A program made the position numbers and the translations under genes. Positions 47,364 through 57,039 of a stretch of 64,000 nt of DNA are shown piece after piece. Source of the stretch: Candidatus Saccharimonadia bacterium (GTDB lineage Bacteria; Patescibacteriota; Saccharimonadia; UBA4664). The number at the start of each line of letters is the position of its first letter. Positions within the stretch are counted from its first letter, which is position 1. The notes under the pieces are model-generated. The model ran no database searches. It worked only from the letters and a program-made list of their open reading frames with translations, and was not told where the DNA came from. Location of the stretch: assembly GCA_041743505.1 (NCBI GenBank), contig JBGTMQ010000020.1, forward strand, positions 17,099-81,098, in the 5' to 3' direction.

Positions 47364-48029
47364 TCAGTGTATACCGGCACGCAGTGCTGCAACAGCAGCA
47401 TTAGCGATCTTGGTCTGACCAGCATCATTGGGATGTGGGTAGCCGAAGTAGCGAGTTTGCTGCAACCGCGACAAAGGGCTATTACCAAATGCCGTCCGGA
47501 GGTCAATCACCATGACACCGGGACCTGCCAAGTCTTGGTGTAGTAGATTCAATCCATCAACTACACTTTGAGCACCATGCCATGTGCCTGTCTTGGTCGG
47601 GTCGGACGGGGTAACTGGAATTTGTCGATTCTGGCTGCATACATTATTCGCCGCCAGTGTGTAGGGGTATAGCATGTCGACAAATCTAGTGCTGGCTGAA
47701 GCCGCTCGACCGTCAGCCATTATGCGGATGAGATCGGCACGAATTGGGCCTCGTTGATCCTGAAGCCGATTGTAAAGCGTCTGCGTGTCTGGGCAGTCAG
47801 ACCAATTCTTTACGTTCCATGGCTTAAGGCTACCCGTACGATTTGCATCGTAAAAATCTTTCAGCGTGGCATCGAACCTGATATTGTTCGCACCTCCAGT
47901 TAGGCTAACGATATTCCAGCTCCCCGAGTTTGAGCGGAGACTGCGAACCATTGCATCAATCTGACCTTGCTCGAACATTTGCCGGGTGCTGGCTCCGCTC
48001 TGTGCAACGAGCAGAGTACGATAACGCCA
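47364..48029 (-). pseudogene. Orphan C-terminal SGNH cassette lacking signal peptide and catalytic Ser block
   Basis: 142/204 residues identical and gap-free against the C-terminus of 48912-51479; first 76 bp identical to 49502-49577. Confidence 0.9.
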
Positions 48030-48225
48030 GCCAATACACCCGAAGCGCTAGGTGACAAAATCATTGAACTCCTCCGCGACCCCGCCCGCTACCAAACCCT
48101 CCGCACGCAAGCCTGGCAATGGAGCAAAACCATCACCTTCGATCAAAGCTACGCCGACTTCACCAAAGTCCTCAATCTAACTACCACCCCCAACCAATCC
48201 CGCCAAGAAGTTCCTACTCCGTGAC
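48021..48225 (+). repeat. 205-bp direct repeat, copy 2 (duplicated GT4 3' end, gene fragment)
   Basis: Matches 44083-44287; begins at the 9-bp ATAACGCCA shared with the SGNH gene. Confidence 0.93.
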
Positions 48226-48321
48226 GGGTCTTTATGCCGAACTTATAGATTTACGCACAAAAACCTGAGCGACAACAATAAGAAAATACCCGAGTGGAGT
48301 GCTATAGACTGCTAAAAACGA

Positions 48322-48519
48322 TTAAGAATTCAGCCAAATATATTGGTAATAATAAAACGCAGCTATCAAAAGCAGAAATGATAGCATTAATAAAGCGAAC
48401 GGCCTCCACCGTAGAGTCTTTGTCTTTTGGAATTGCGTCAGACCCAAACCAAGAGAAACAGCACCACCCAAAAGAATAATACCGAGCAGAACAAGCTCTA
48501 AATATGTAGACGATTTCAT
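48322..48519 (-). CDS. Small 2-TM protein
   Basis: 65 aa TM-basic loop-TM; TATAAT shortly before the ATG. Confidence 0.6.
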   Translation of the reverse strand: MKSSTYLELVLLGIILLGGAVSLGLGLTQFQKTKTLRWRPFALLMLSFLLLIAAFYYYQYIWLNS

Positions 48520-48543
48520 ATAAGCATTATAGAAGACATTTAC

Positions 48544-48831
48544 TTACTGACCGAATAATGCCCAAATCCAACCCATTTGAATACTAACAAACAGCCCCCA
48601 GCCAATAAGGGCGAGATAAGTTCCAGCCTTGCGAATGAGCAATAATCGCTTTCGAATCTTCTGATCCTTTTGACGGCGGATCGCCATCGTGATGCCGATG
48701 AATGCCGCGACTAGGATGATAAGGAAGATAATGGTGTAGTTTACGTAATCATAAAAGCGGTTGGTCCAAAAAGCGACCCATTCAGGGTCTGTCGGAGAAA
48801 AATCACCAAGATAAAAATGTATATGATTCAT
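48544..48831 (-). CDS. Small 2-TM protein, family A copy 1 (candidate cognate immunity protein)
   Basis: Immediately downstream of the full SGNH gene; TTGCTT-N18-TAGACT 6 nt before the ATG. Confidence 0.8.
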   Translation of the reverse strand: MNHIHFYLGDFSPTDPEWVAFWTNRFYDYVNYTIIFLIILVAAFIGITMAIRRQKDQKIRKRLLLIRKAGTYLALIGWGLFVSIQMGWIWALFGQ

Positions 48832-48867
48832 AGCAATAGTCTACGATAATTTTGCATAGAAAAGCAA

Positions 48868-48900
48868 AGTCCCGGAGAGTAAGGTGCGCTCTCCGGGACT
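48868..48900 (-). terminator. Terminator of the SGNH gene
   Basis: AGTCCCGGAGAG-N9-CTCTCCGGGACT followed by TTGCTTTT on the minus strand. Confidence 0.85.
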
Positions 48901-48911
48901 ATATGTTGTTC

Positions 48912-51479
48912 TTAGCGTGCATCAGCTCTCAGGGCCGTAACCGCAATGCTAGCCATCTTGGTCTGTCCAGCATCGTTGGGGTGCGGATAACCAAAGTAGC
49001 GGGTTTGCTGCAATCGCTGCAATGGTCTGTTGCCAAACGCCACTCGTAGGTCAACCTTAATCACGTCAGGGCCTGCGAGGATCTGATGTAGGCGGTCAAG
49101 TTCATCAATGACGCTTTGGGCGCCATGCCAGGTACCCATTTGAGATGGGTTAGAAGGATTGGTAGGCACCTGGCGGTCCTGGCTGCACACATTGCTCGTC
49201 GGTAGTACGTATGGATAGAGCATGTCAACAAACCTGGTGCTGGACGAAGCCTCTCGGACAGTAGCAACAATCTGAGCCAGGTCGGCAGTGATTGTGCCTC
49301 TCTGAGCTAGCAAGCGGTTATATAATGCTTGCGTATCGGGGCAGTCAGACCAGTTGGTGACCGCCCACGGCTTAGGATCGCCCGAAGGATGCTCCTCATA
49401 GAATTCACGCAGCGTGTTGAGAAAGTCGATGTTGTTTGCACCTCCAGTAAGGCTGACGATATTCCAGCTCCCTGCGTTTGCACGAATGGTGCGAACCATC
49501 ACATCAATCTGACCTTGCTCGAACATTTGCCGGGTGCTGGCTCCGCTCTGTGCAACGAGCAGAGTACGATAACGCCACTCGTTAGGCACGCCAACGTTGA
49601 GTTTGCTGGCAGCGCGAGTTACCCAGGAGAAGTTTGGATCGTTCGCTGCGTATGACTTTGGGCTACACGACCCAACTAACGGCCACTCGATGGGTGCACA
49701 ACTGCGATTATCCACATCCTGATGGTGACCGCTACTGAAAGAGTCACCAACGCCAATCCATCTCGGTGCCGGAGGCACCTTCAGCTTCGTTGGCGCACCC
49801 CCATAAACAGGCGCATCAGACTTGGCAATCCGGGCAGTAATCGAGACGTTACCACTCGGCGGGAGCCGGTGGATCGAATCAAAGACCTTCCACTGGAAAC
49901 GGTACTGGCTGGGAGCCGTACCGCCCGCGGCACAAATCTGAGGCCGCTTCTCCCAATTACCGGCCGCTATAATCAGCGTAGCCGGACATGAGACGCCTGA
50001 CAGGTCAACCGTTACATCTAGGTGATACAGTGGCGTAGTATTGCCCACTGTCCAATTCACGCCAGTAACCTTGCCGTGCTGCTTGCCATCGGCAGGCGGC
50101 GGCGGAGGCGGTGGGTTGTCCACGGGGCTCTTCCACAGCACCGTTTGCGGGTATGCCCCGGTCAAACCGGGCACATTAAACGCATCAACGCTGTAGCTGG
50201 CCTCGCTTGACTCAGTGCCGCCATTCTTGTGCAGGAGCGACAAAACCGCCTTTCCAGGGACTAACGCCATCGACGGCTTCCATCCGTAATTGAACCAGCT
50301 CTGCTGGTTAGCCGAGCTGTCGCCCTTAAGGATGATGGGACTTTGTGCTGCGCCACCAGCGCTAAAGTGTGAAACTTGCACACCGGCACAGGCATCCGAC
50401 CACAAATTACAGTCGAAACTGAAATTGATTGCCAACAGCACCTGCCCGGTCCCGTCCACATGAGGAGCTTGAACCCCGCGCAGGTAAGTACCGGCTGGAG
50501 ACGTAATCGTCTGGTGCCAGCCAGCTTGCCCTGAACCGTCAACATACTGCACATCAGCACCGCTAGATACGTGGCTGACAACCACAGCACCCCCATTGGG
50601 GGTAGCTGCCACGTACGGCCCGCCATGATTACAGCGGGTAATGTGGGGCAATGTCTTGGTCCAGGCCACACCCGCCGGACCAAACTTAGTCAGCTTGGCG
50701 TCGCCATTGGCATCCAAGCAACCCTCTGGTGTGAGAGTCTGCGTGTACCACACGACGAACAACTCGCCTGTGGCCGAAGCCGAAACATCCCGGCCAACTG
50801 CGTCGGCCGGAGCTGGTGAAGCTGTGAACGGTCCGCCTGCAGTGCGGCCGTCGTATCCGAGGTACCACACACGGCCCGAACCACTATAAGCCACCAGGCC
50901 ACGGTCATAAGCCAGCAGCTTGTCGCTACTGCCGTAAGCAAAACCGCTCAAGGCCACACCAGCAAACAGTTCGTGACCGTCACTAGCATCGTAACCATGC
51001 AGCGTGCTGCCGGTCATGCCATAAACCTGGCCGTTAGCACCAACTGCGAGCAGATCCAACCCCGTTACGGACTTACTCCACTTCTCAGTCGAGCCGCTCG
51101 CTGCAATCAGCCGGGCTTGGCCGCTGCCGGGGTTCTGGACCCGGTAGGTGTTACCCGAAGCGTCCACTACTGGTCCCGGACCAATGTAGTCCTGGTCCTG
51201 GTAGCCCACGTTCCAGCTAGCCGTCCCAGTCGCATTAATGCCCACCAGGGCGTCGCCGCCACTCGGAACACCACCATTTGAGATGGCCGTATTGGCAATA
51301 ACACCACCGTTCGGCTGCGGCGACAAAGCCGCAAAATGCCGCACCGGCACACTCCACGCAGCCCCATTCCCAAACGGGCTGGGTGCAGCTGCTGCCACAC
51401 CTGGCACTAACATCGAGAACACCAGAGTACACAAAAGCACCACGGTCAAAGACCCGGTGCTGCGGCGTGACCTAGTCAC
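48912..51479 (-). CDS. Secreted multidomain protein: signal peptide, beta-propeller-like repeats, poly-Pro linker, beta-rich domain, C-terminal SGNH/GDSL lipase-esterase
   Basis: Blocks VGDSFSSG, AQSGA, LTGGANN, YPHPN..G; repeated G...W motifs; AAGGAGG SD. Confidence 0.85.
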   Translation of the reverse strand: MTRSRRSTGSLTVVLLCTLVFSMLVPGVAAAAPSPFGNGAAWSVPVRHFAALSPQPNGGVIANTAISNGGVPSGGDALVGINATGTASWNVGYQDQDYIGPGPVVDASGNTYRVQNPGSGQARLIAASGSTEKWSKSVTGLDLLAVGANGQVYGMTGSTLHGYDASDGHELFAGVALSGFAYGSSDKLLAYDRGLVAYSGSGRVWYLGYDGRTAGGPFTASPAPADAVGRDVSASATGELFVVWYTQTLTPEGCLDANGDAKLTKFGPAGVAWTKTLPHITRCNHGGPYVAATPNGGAVVVSHVSSGADVQYVDGSGQAGWHQTITSPAGTYLRGVQAPHVDGTGQVLLAINFSFDCNLWSDACAGVQVSHFSAGGAAQSPIILKGDSSANQQSWFNYGWKPSMALVPGKAVLSLLHKNGGTESSEASYSVDAFNVPGLTGAYPQTVLWKSPVDNPPPPPPPADGKQHGKVTGVNWTVGNTTPLYHLDVTVDLSGVSCPATLIIAAGNWEKRPQICAAGGTAPSQYRFQWKVFDSIHRLPPSGNVSITARIAKSDAPVYGGAPTKLKVPPAPRWIGVGDSFSSGHHQDVDNRSCAPIEWPLVGSCSPKSYAANDPNFSWVTRAASKLNVGVPNEWRYRTLLVAQSGASTRQMFEQGQIDVMVRTIRANAGSWNIVSLTGGANNIDFLNTLREFYEEHPSGDPKPWAVTNWSDCPDTQALYNRLLAQRGTITADLAQIVATVREASSSTRFVDMLYPYVLPTSNVCSQDRQVPTNPSNPSQMGTWHGAQSVIDELDRLHQILAGPDVIKVDLRVAFGNRPLQRLQQTRYFGYPHPNDAGQTKMASIAVTALRADAR

Positions 51480-51534
51480 GACCCCCTCCTTAACATGAGT
51501 AGGCTAAAACTGTGAATGAACTTAGAACCTTGAC

Positions 51535-51563
51535 ATTATACACTGGATAGTAAAATAAGTCAA
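51535..51563 (-). promoter_or_regulatory. Near-consensus sigma70 promoter of the SGNH gene
   Basis: TTGACT-N17-TATAAT. Confidence 0.8.
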
Positions 51564-51737
51564 CAAAAGCTACTCGGCGCAACCAATCCTACCTGCATAA
51601 GTCGGCCCAATGTCCATAATATTTGTCATATTTCACAAAACACCGCTTGCCATTAGCTTGTAAACTAGTGTAGATAATTCACAAGTACGTTGGAGTAATC
51701 CAACCACATCAAGCCGTTTTAAGCAGGTACCCAGCTC

Positions 51738-52571
51738 ATGAACCAACCGCTCATATCCGTTATCGTCCCCACTCGCAACAGCGAGCCGGTCCTGCGTCCT
51801 TGCCTCCAATCCATCAAAGACCAAACCTACCCCAACATTGAGCTCATCGTCGTTGACCGCGATTCCACCGACGCCACCAAGCAAATCGCCGCCGAATTTA
51901 CGACTCATATATATAACCACGGCCCCGAACGCTCAGCTCAACGCAACCTCGGCGCCCAAAAGGCCACCGGCCAGTACCTCGCCATTATCGATTCCGATAT
52001 GGAATTAGACCCCGAAGTCATCGAACAATGCTTCGCCCAATTCGTCGCCGACCCCACCTTGGCCGGCGTTGTCATCCCCGAAGAATCCTTCGGCCAAGGC
52101 TTCTGGGCCCAATGCAAACGCCTCGAGCGCTCATTCTACGTCGGCGTCACCTGGATCGAGGCGGCCCGCTGTTTCCCGACCAAAACCTACCACCAACTTG
52201 GCGGTTACGACGTCACCATGGTTAGTGGCGAAGACTGGGATCTCGCCCGCCGCGCCGAACAACTCGGTCCCATCGGCCACACCCAGGCCCTCATCCGCCA
52301 CAACGAAGGCCGCATCAACCTCTGGAAAACTCTCAAAAAGAAGTACTACTACGCCCAACAAGCCAAAGCCTATCTCGAAAAAAGCCAAACCGGCTCCAAA
52401 CTCACCGCCCAAGTCGGCCCGCTCCAGCGCTACAAACTGTTTTTCTCAAAACCCGGCCACCTCTTCCGCAATCCAATCCTTGGCATCGGCATGCTCTTTA
52501 TGAAAACCTGCGAATACGCCGCCGGAGCATTCGGCTACTATGGCAGCAGTCTTCGTCGTAAGCCTGTGTAA
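51738..52571 (+). CDS. GT2 glycosyltransferase
   Basis: SVIVPT.N, VVD..S.D.T, ERSAQRN.G, IDSDM, GGYD....GED. Confidence 0.9.
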   Translation: MNQPLISVIVPTRNSEPVLRPCLQSIKDQTYPNIELIVVDRDSTDATKQIAAEFTTHIYNHGPERSAQRNLGAQKATGQYLAIIDSDMELDPEVIEQCFAQFVADPTLAGVVIPEESFGQGFWAQCKRLERSFYVGVTWIEAARCFPTKTYHQLGGYDVTMVSGEDWDLARRAEQLGPIGHTQALIRHNEGRINLWKTLKKKYYYAQQAKAYLEKSQTGSKLTAQVGPLQRYKLFFSKPGHLFRNPILGIGMLFMKTCEYAAGAFGYYGSSLRRKPV

Positions 52572-52691
52572 ATCGCCCATCCCAAACCACAATTCGGCAC
52601 TATATTTTGTGAATCTCTCTAAATTAGTTGCGACACGCAGCTAGATTTAGGTTATATTAGAGCTATATACAGCCATAACCGAAATAAATGC

Positions 52692-53639
52692 ATGACCAAG
52701 CTCGATCAATCAAATCAGTCGCCTGTGAGTATAGTTATCCCGACCTTTAACCGGCCGGATAAGCTGGAAAACCTTCTGCGCAGTATTGCTGGCTCTACAG
52801 TAAAAGATTGTGAAGTTATTATTGTTGATGATTGTTCAGCTGTTCCCACCGAAGACTCGCTTCAAAGTTATTTGCCCAGCCTTAACCTGCGGGTCAAAGT
52901 CATTCGGAACAAAACAAACCAGCAGCTCACCAAAAGCCGTAATATCGGGATGAAGGCAGCTAGCGGTAAGTACATTTTCCTTGTCGATGATGATAATATC
53001 CTCGATCCCAAGTGCATTGAGGTTTTGCGGGACAAATTAGCCAGCGATGAGCATATTGGAGTTGTTGGGCCCGTCACCTACTTCGCCAATAACCCTAAAA
53101 CAATCTGGTGGGCTGGCACTAGTCGAAATATGACAACCAGCCGCACCCATTTCATTGGAACCAGCCTACCTCTGCCCGATGAACCGTCCTGGCCGTCCGA
53201 TGACTTTCCCAATGCCTGGATGATTACCCGGGAGATTGTTGATCGCGGGTGTTTTTTGGATGAAAGGTATAAAATTCACTATGACGAAGCCGATTATTGC
53301 GCAAGAATAAAGAAGCTTGGCTACAAGCTCTTTGTCGTACGTGACGCCCGGTCAAATCACGATTTTGAACCTGATTCCCCGAGCGCTTTAGCTGAGCGAT
53401 GGCTAGACCACCGCCGTGTCTATTACTCGGCGCGTAATCGCGTAGTTTTTCATAAGGAGTACTCCACCTCAAGGGAATTTTTGCAGTTTGCGCTATTCTG
53501 GAATTGGCTATTCACAGCCTATTATATGCAATATATCTTGCGCATACCCACCAAAAACTGGAGCACTAAATTAAAGAGCTGTTTCTCTTATCTCAAGGGT
53601 TCTATCGATGGGTTTTATGGCTTTAGAGAAGGTATCTAA
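52692..53639 (+). CDS. GT2 glycosyltransferase
   Basis: SIVIPTFNR, VDDCS, RN.G, VDDD, YDEAD.C.R. Confidence 0.9.
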   Translation: MTKLDQSNQSPVSIVIPTFNRPDKLENLLRSIAGSTVKDCEVIIVDDCSAVPTEDSLQSYLPSLNLRVKVIRNKTNQQLTKSRNIGMKAASGKYIFLVDDDNILDPKCIEVLRDKLASDEHIGVVGPVTYFANNPKTIWWAGTSRNMTTSRTHFIGTSLPLPDEPSWPSDDFPNAWMITREIVDRGCFLDERYKIHYDEADYCARIKKLGYKLFVVRDARSNHDFEPDSPSALAERWLDHRRVYYSARNRVVFHKEYSTSREFLQFALFWNWLFTAYYMQYILRIPTKNWSTKLKSCFSYLKGSIDGFYGFREGI

Positions 53640-56600
53640 AAAAACCAAGACCGTCTTCTGGGCAGCGCTTGGCGGGGTAGGCATCATTGTGCTTGCCCTC
53701 TTGTCAATTAAAGGCAAGATGTTCATTATCCCGGACAATATGCCCATTACCTTAGAAAATTATCAGCACATTTTCTTGAGTAATAGCGCCTGGAGTCATT
53801 TCCTCAACATACCCACCTACGATCAGTCAATCTTTATATTTCGCCAGTACATCTTCTGGCTCTCCAAACTCTTCTCATTGGAATTAGGGCAAGGGCTCCT
53901 GTTAGGGAAAATTCTGTTCGTGCTTAGTGCCGGTTGGGGCATGTATCTGCTCGGTAAAGATATTAACCGCCGGTTCTTCGATGGCCGAATCGAAACGCTA
54001 TTCTTAATCATAGGCGCTATCTTGTACGCCTTGGCTCCGGCGTTTTTAATAGCCGATAGTTTCTGGGTTGGCATTCAGTTTGGCTACTATATTATTCCCC
54101 TCATACTTTTTAGCGTTACCAAAATAGTGCTAGACGGGAACTGGGTATACTTACCGCTGTACCTGTGGCTCCTGTCTCTCAATAACGCCATTCACTATAC
54201 CTATGGTGGTTACCCGGCATTAATCGGTATTTTTTGTCTGGCGCTTATCATTGGTGAAGGCCGGAGCGAAAAAATCAAACTAGTTCGCCTCGCCATGCGA
54301 CTGACCGTCATCGCGATCGGTTATCTCCTCATAATTTCACCCAACCTGGTCGGCTTGCTGTCTCCTGATGTCGGCATGGCCACCCAGATGACCAAGCAGT
54401 CGATTGACGCGCCGTGGTCGTCGGCTTCATTTGTGAACGTGGCCGTTGGCATGAGTTCTAACAACTTAATACTTGATTATTATTCACGCGATTCGCTCAC
54501 AAAAATCGCCTACGGATTCCTGGCCTTCGTTCCGATGATCGCTCTAATCTCGCTCCTATTTCTCCCAAAATACCGCGAAGCAGCCCAGAAATATTACCGG
54601 TTTCTACTCGCCATCATTATTGGCTATATGCTTGTAATTCTGTGTTTCTCAGATGGGAGCATTTTTAAGTTCATTCATTACTCACTAGCTTTCGATGCTC
54701 CAATGGGCCGCATCCTCAGAACCACGCGGGTGACCGAAAGCTTCGTCCTTATAGCCCTAGCTCTAATCATCCCATTTTCGCTGCACGAGATAAAACGCTA
54801 TTCAAAGATCCCCACCCGTATCATGGCCGTAATAGGCACCCTCGTATTATTGGCCTATATAACCCCCGTTTTAAAAGGGGATATAAACGGGCCAATAATT
54901 TCCGTGCCTAAGCAATATCTAGAGCAGTCCAATTTTCTCAAAACTGTCGCCGACCCTTCGGTCGACAAAACCGTGGCTGCGCCGGAGTTCACCGCCTCAT
55001 ATGGGAAAGATGCGGTTATGAAGCCGCATTGGAGCCCAAACGTGGGTATGATCGCCGAGTTCCTTGGTTACTCACAACCAATACAGGCCATCCTCACGCT
55101 TGATAACTTAAGACATTATTATTACTTCACCGTATCTGACTTTTATAAAAAATCGAATAACCTGATTTTTTCCGAGGAATTCTATGCCCTTGCTCATTTT
55201 TTAAGCCTGAATAACGTCCGGTATCTGATGTTTCACGCCGATACCCAATCAAATCTGAAAGATATCGAATTCGCCGACAAGATTCTCGATTCAAAGTACT
55301 GGCAAAGTGTCTATACCAATAAAGATATAACTGTGTTTGAAAACCAAGTCAGGCAACCGGCGGTTAGCGCTTATTCCCAAGATGAAACCTCGCTTGTGTC
55401 CGGCGGCTATCGGAGTGCTGCCAGGTTTATAAACCAATTGCCCGAAACACTGAACCAAAACCGGCTATTCGCCTTCTTAGACCAAGGCGCTAACCCTGCC
55501 CTAATAGGCACGACCGGGCGACTAATTACCGATAAAACACCCGGGGACCTCAACGGCGACATTATGGCAGCCAGCGTCATTGCCGAGAAATCACTACCAG
55601 GGGCCCAAATAATCTTTCCGGCCGAGAAAACCAAGCAGTACGCCCCAGAATCAGTCTGGTCCACCGGGACATACGCCAATAACCACGAGCAAGAGTGGCA
55701 CAGATATGTAAACGAAATGGACGATTACGCCTGGGATTTTGATTGGGGCCACGGCATTCTATTTATTAACCGGGCCAAAAATAAGTTAGAAATTCCCATT
55801 GAAAACGCCAGTCAGGGGCAATCCAAAATCCATGTCCGGTACCTCAAAAACGACAAGGGCGGAGACATGTATCTCAATATTAGCGGTCAGAGGTTCCATA
55901 TTAACTCAATATCCCCCTATGACGGCTTCGGCTGGGCCAGCTTTGACGTTGGCCAAACTAAAAATAACAACCACATCATCTTAGAAAATAGCAGCGGGTT
56001 TAACGCTGTTTCAACCATCCTCATCATCGACGATAAGGCAACCAATACTATTGCCTCTACTACCAAGCCTTTAATTACGAATGCCAAGATCATCGATAAC
56101 TCACTGGAAACCAGCCCCAATATCTCCCGCGCCTCAGGTTTTGAGAGTCCATCAGACATGGCCCAGTGGCGTGTGTCGAAGAAGGAGGGCTCCTTTACAT
56201 CCAAACTAGATACCAGCCAGCCCAAAGAGGGCAAGTCGTCTCTCGTAGTCCAAACTAGCGGCCAGTCGCGGGCCTGGAGCTGGATAGAGGGCCCATCCAT
56301 AAATGTTGAACCAGGCGAGAAGTATGTCTTCAGAACCAATATCAAGCTTTCCAATGCCATGAACTCACACATCGCGCTAATCGGTAAAGGGAAAAACGGT
56401 GAGAAACAGCTAACTCAACTGCCCGGAGCTATCAGCGGCACCAGTGAATGGCAGAGTTTCCGCCACACCATCAAAATCCCGTCCGGCGTTACTTCTGTTA
56501 GAGTCGCCCTCAATGCTGGCTGGGCAAAAGACAAGTCTCGACCTGCAAAAACCTGGTTTGATGCCATCAAATTAAACCCACTAACGCCCGCCTTACCTTT

Positions 56601-57039
56601 AGGTGAAGTAGAATCGATGTCCAAAAGCGTTACGAATTTAAAACAGCTAAATAACACTCGCTGGGAGGGCGACATCAGTCTACCCAACAACAAGCCTGTA
56701 TTCCTGGCCTTTAACCAAAGCTTCGATCCGGGATGGAAGCTTTTTCTAGCACCCGGCAATCAGTCTCAAAACAACGCAAGTTCTATTGGCTTCACAAAAC
56801 CCGGCCTGGAAATTGATACCAAGAAACATTTTAAGGCCAACGGTATTAATAATGGCTGGGAGATTGACCCAAGCTCGTTACCGCCTAATTTACAGAGCAC
56901 ACCCATGCATTTTGTAATCGAATATTGGCCTCAGCGCTCATACCTACTGGCTCAAATAGTCGAAGGATCAGCTCTCCTCCTCTCAGTCGCCGGTGCTATT
57001 GCCTTTGTCATATTCAGGAGGCGGAACAAACATGCATAG
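53617..57039 (+). CDS. Large polytopic membrane protein (GT-C / AftD- or YfhO-like) with extracellular carbohydrate-binding-like domains and a C-terminal TM
   Basis: About 12 N-terminal TM segments; CBM-like GFE....W...EG..S..V; FNQSFDPGW...H..ANG..NGW; Y.PQ. Confidence 0.65.
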   Translation: MALEKVSKKTKTVFWAALGGVGIIVLALLSIKGKMFIIPDNMPITLENYQHIFLSNSAWSHFLNIPTYDQSIFIFRQYIFWLSKLFSLELGQGLLLGKILFVLSAGWGMYLLGKDINRRFFDGRIETLFLIIGAILYALAPAFLIADSFWVGIQFGYYIIPLILFSVTKIVLDGNWVYLPLYLWLLSLNNAIHYTYGGYPALIGIFCLALIIGEGRSEKIKLVRLAMRLTVIAIGYLLIISPNLVGLLSPDVGMATQMTKQSIDAPWSSASFVNVAVGMSSNNLILDYYSRDSLTKIAYGFLAFVPMIALISLLFLPKYREAAQKYYRFLLAIIIGYMLVILCFSDGSIFKFIHYSLAFDAPMGRILRTTRVTESFVLIALALIIPFSLHEIKRYSKIPTRIMAVIGTLVLLAYITPVLKGDINGPIISVPKQYLEQSNFLKTVADPSVDKTVAAPEFTASYGKDAVMKPHWSPNVGMIAEFLGYSQPIQAILTLDNLRHYYYFTVSDFYKKSNNLIFSEEFYALAHFLSLNNVRYLMFHADTQSNLKDIEFADKILDSKYWQSVYTNKDITVFENQVRQPAVSAYSQDETSLVSGGYRSAARFINQLPETLNQNRLFAFLDQGANPALIGTTGRLITDKTPGDLNGDIMAASVIAEKSLPGAQIIFPAEKTKQYAPESVWSTGTYANNHEQEWHRYVNEMDDYAWDFDWGHGILFINRAKNKLEIPIENASQGQSKIHVRYLKNDKGGDMYLNISGQRFHINSISPYDGFGWASFDVGQTKNNNHIILENSSGFNAVSTILIIDDKATNTIASTTKPLITNAKIIDNSLETSPNISRASGFESPSDMAQWRVSKKEGSFTSKLDTSQPKEGKSSLVVQTSGQSRAWSWIEGPSINVEPGEKYVFRTNIKLSNAMNSHIALIGKGKNGEKQLTQLPGAISGTSEWQSFRHTIKIPSGVTSVRVALNAGWAKDKSRPAKTWFDAIKLNPLTPALPLGEVESMSKSVTNLKQLNNTRWEGDISLPNNKPVFLAFNQSFDPGWKLFLAPGNQSQNNASSIGFTKPGLEIDTKKHFKANGINNGWEIDPSSLPPNLQSTPMHFVIEYWPQRSYLLAQIVEGSALLLSVAGAIAFVIFRRRNKHA

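Noticed and set aside
47967-48224. 85-aa plus-strand ORF
   Set aside because: A chimera of antisense SGNH sequence and the duplicated GT4 tail, created by the junction; no promoter or SD.
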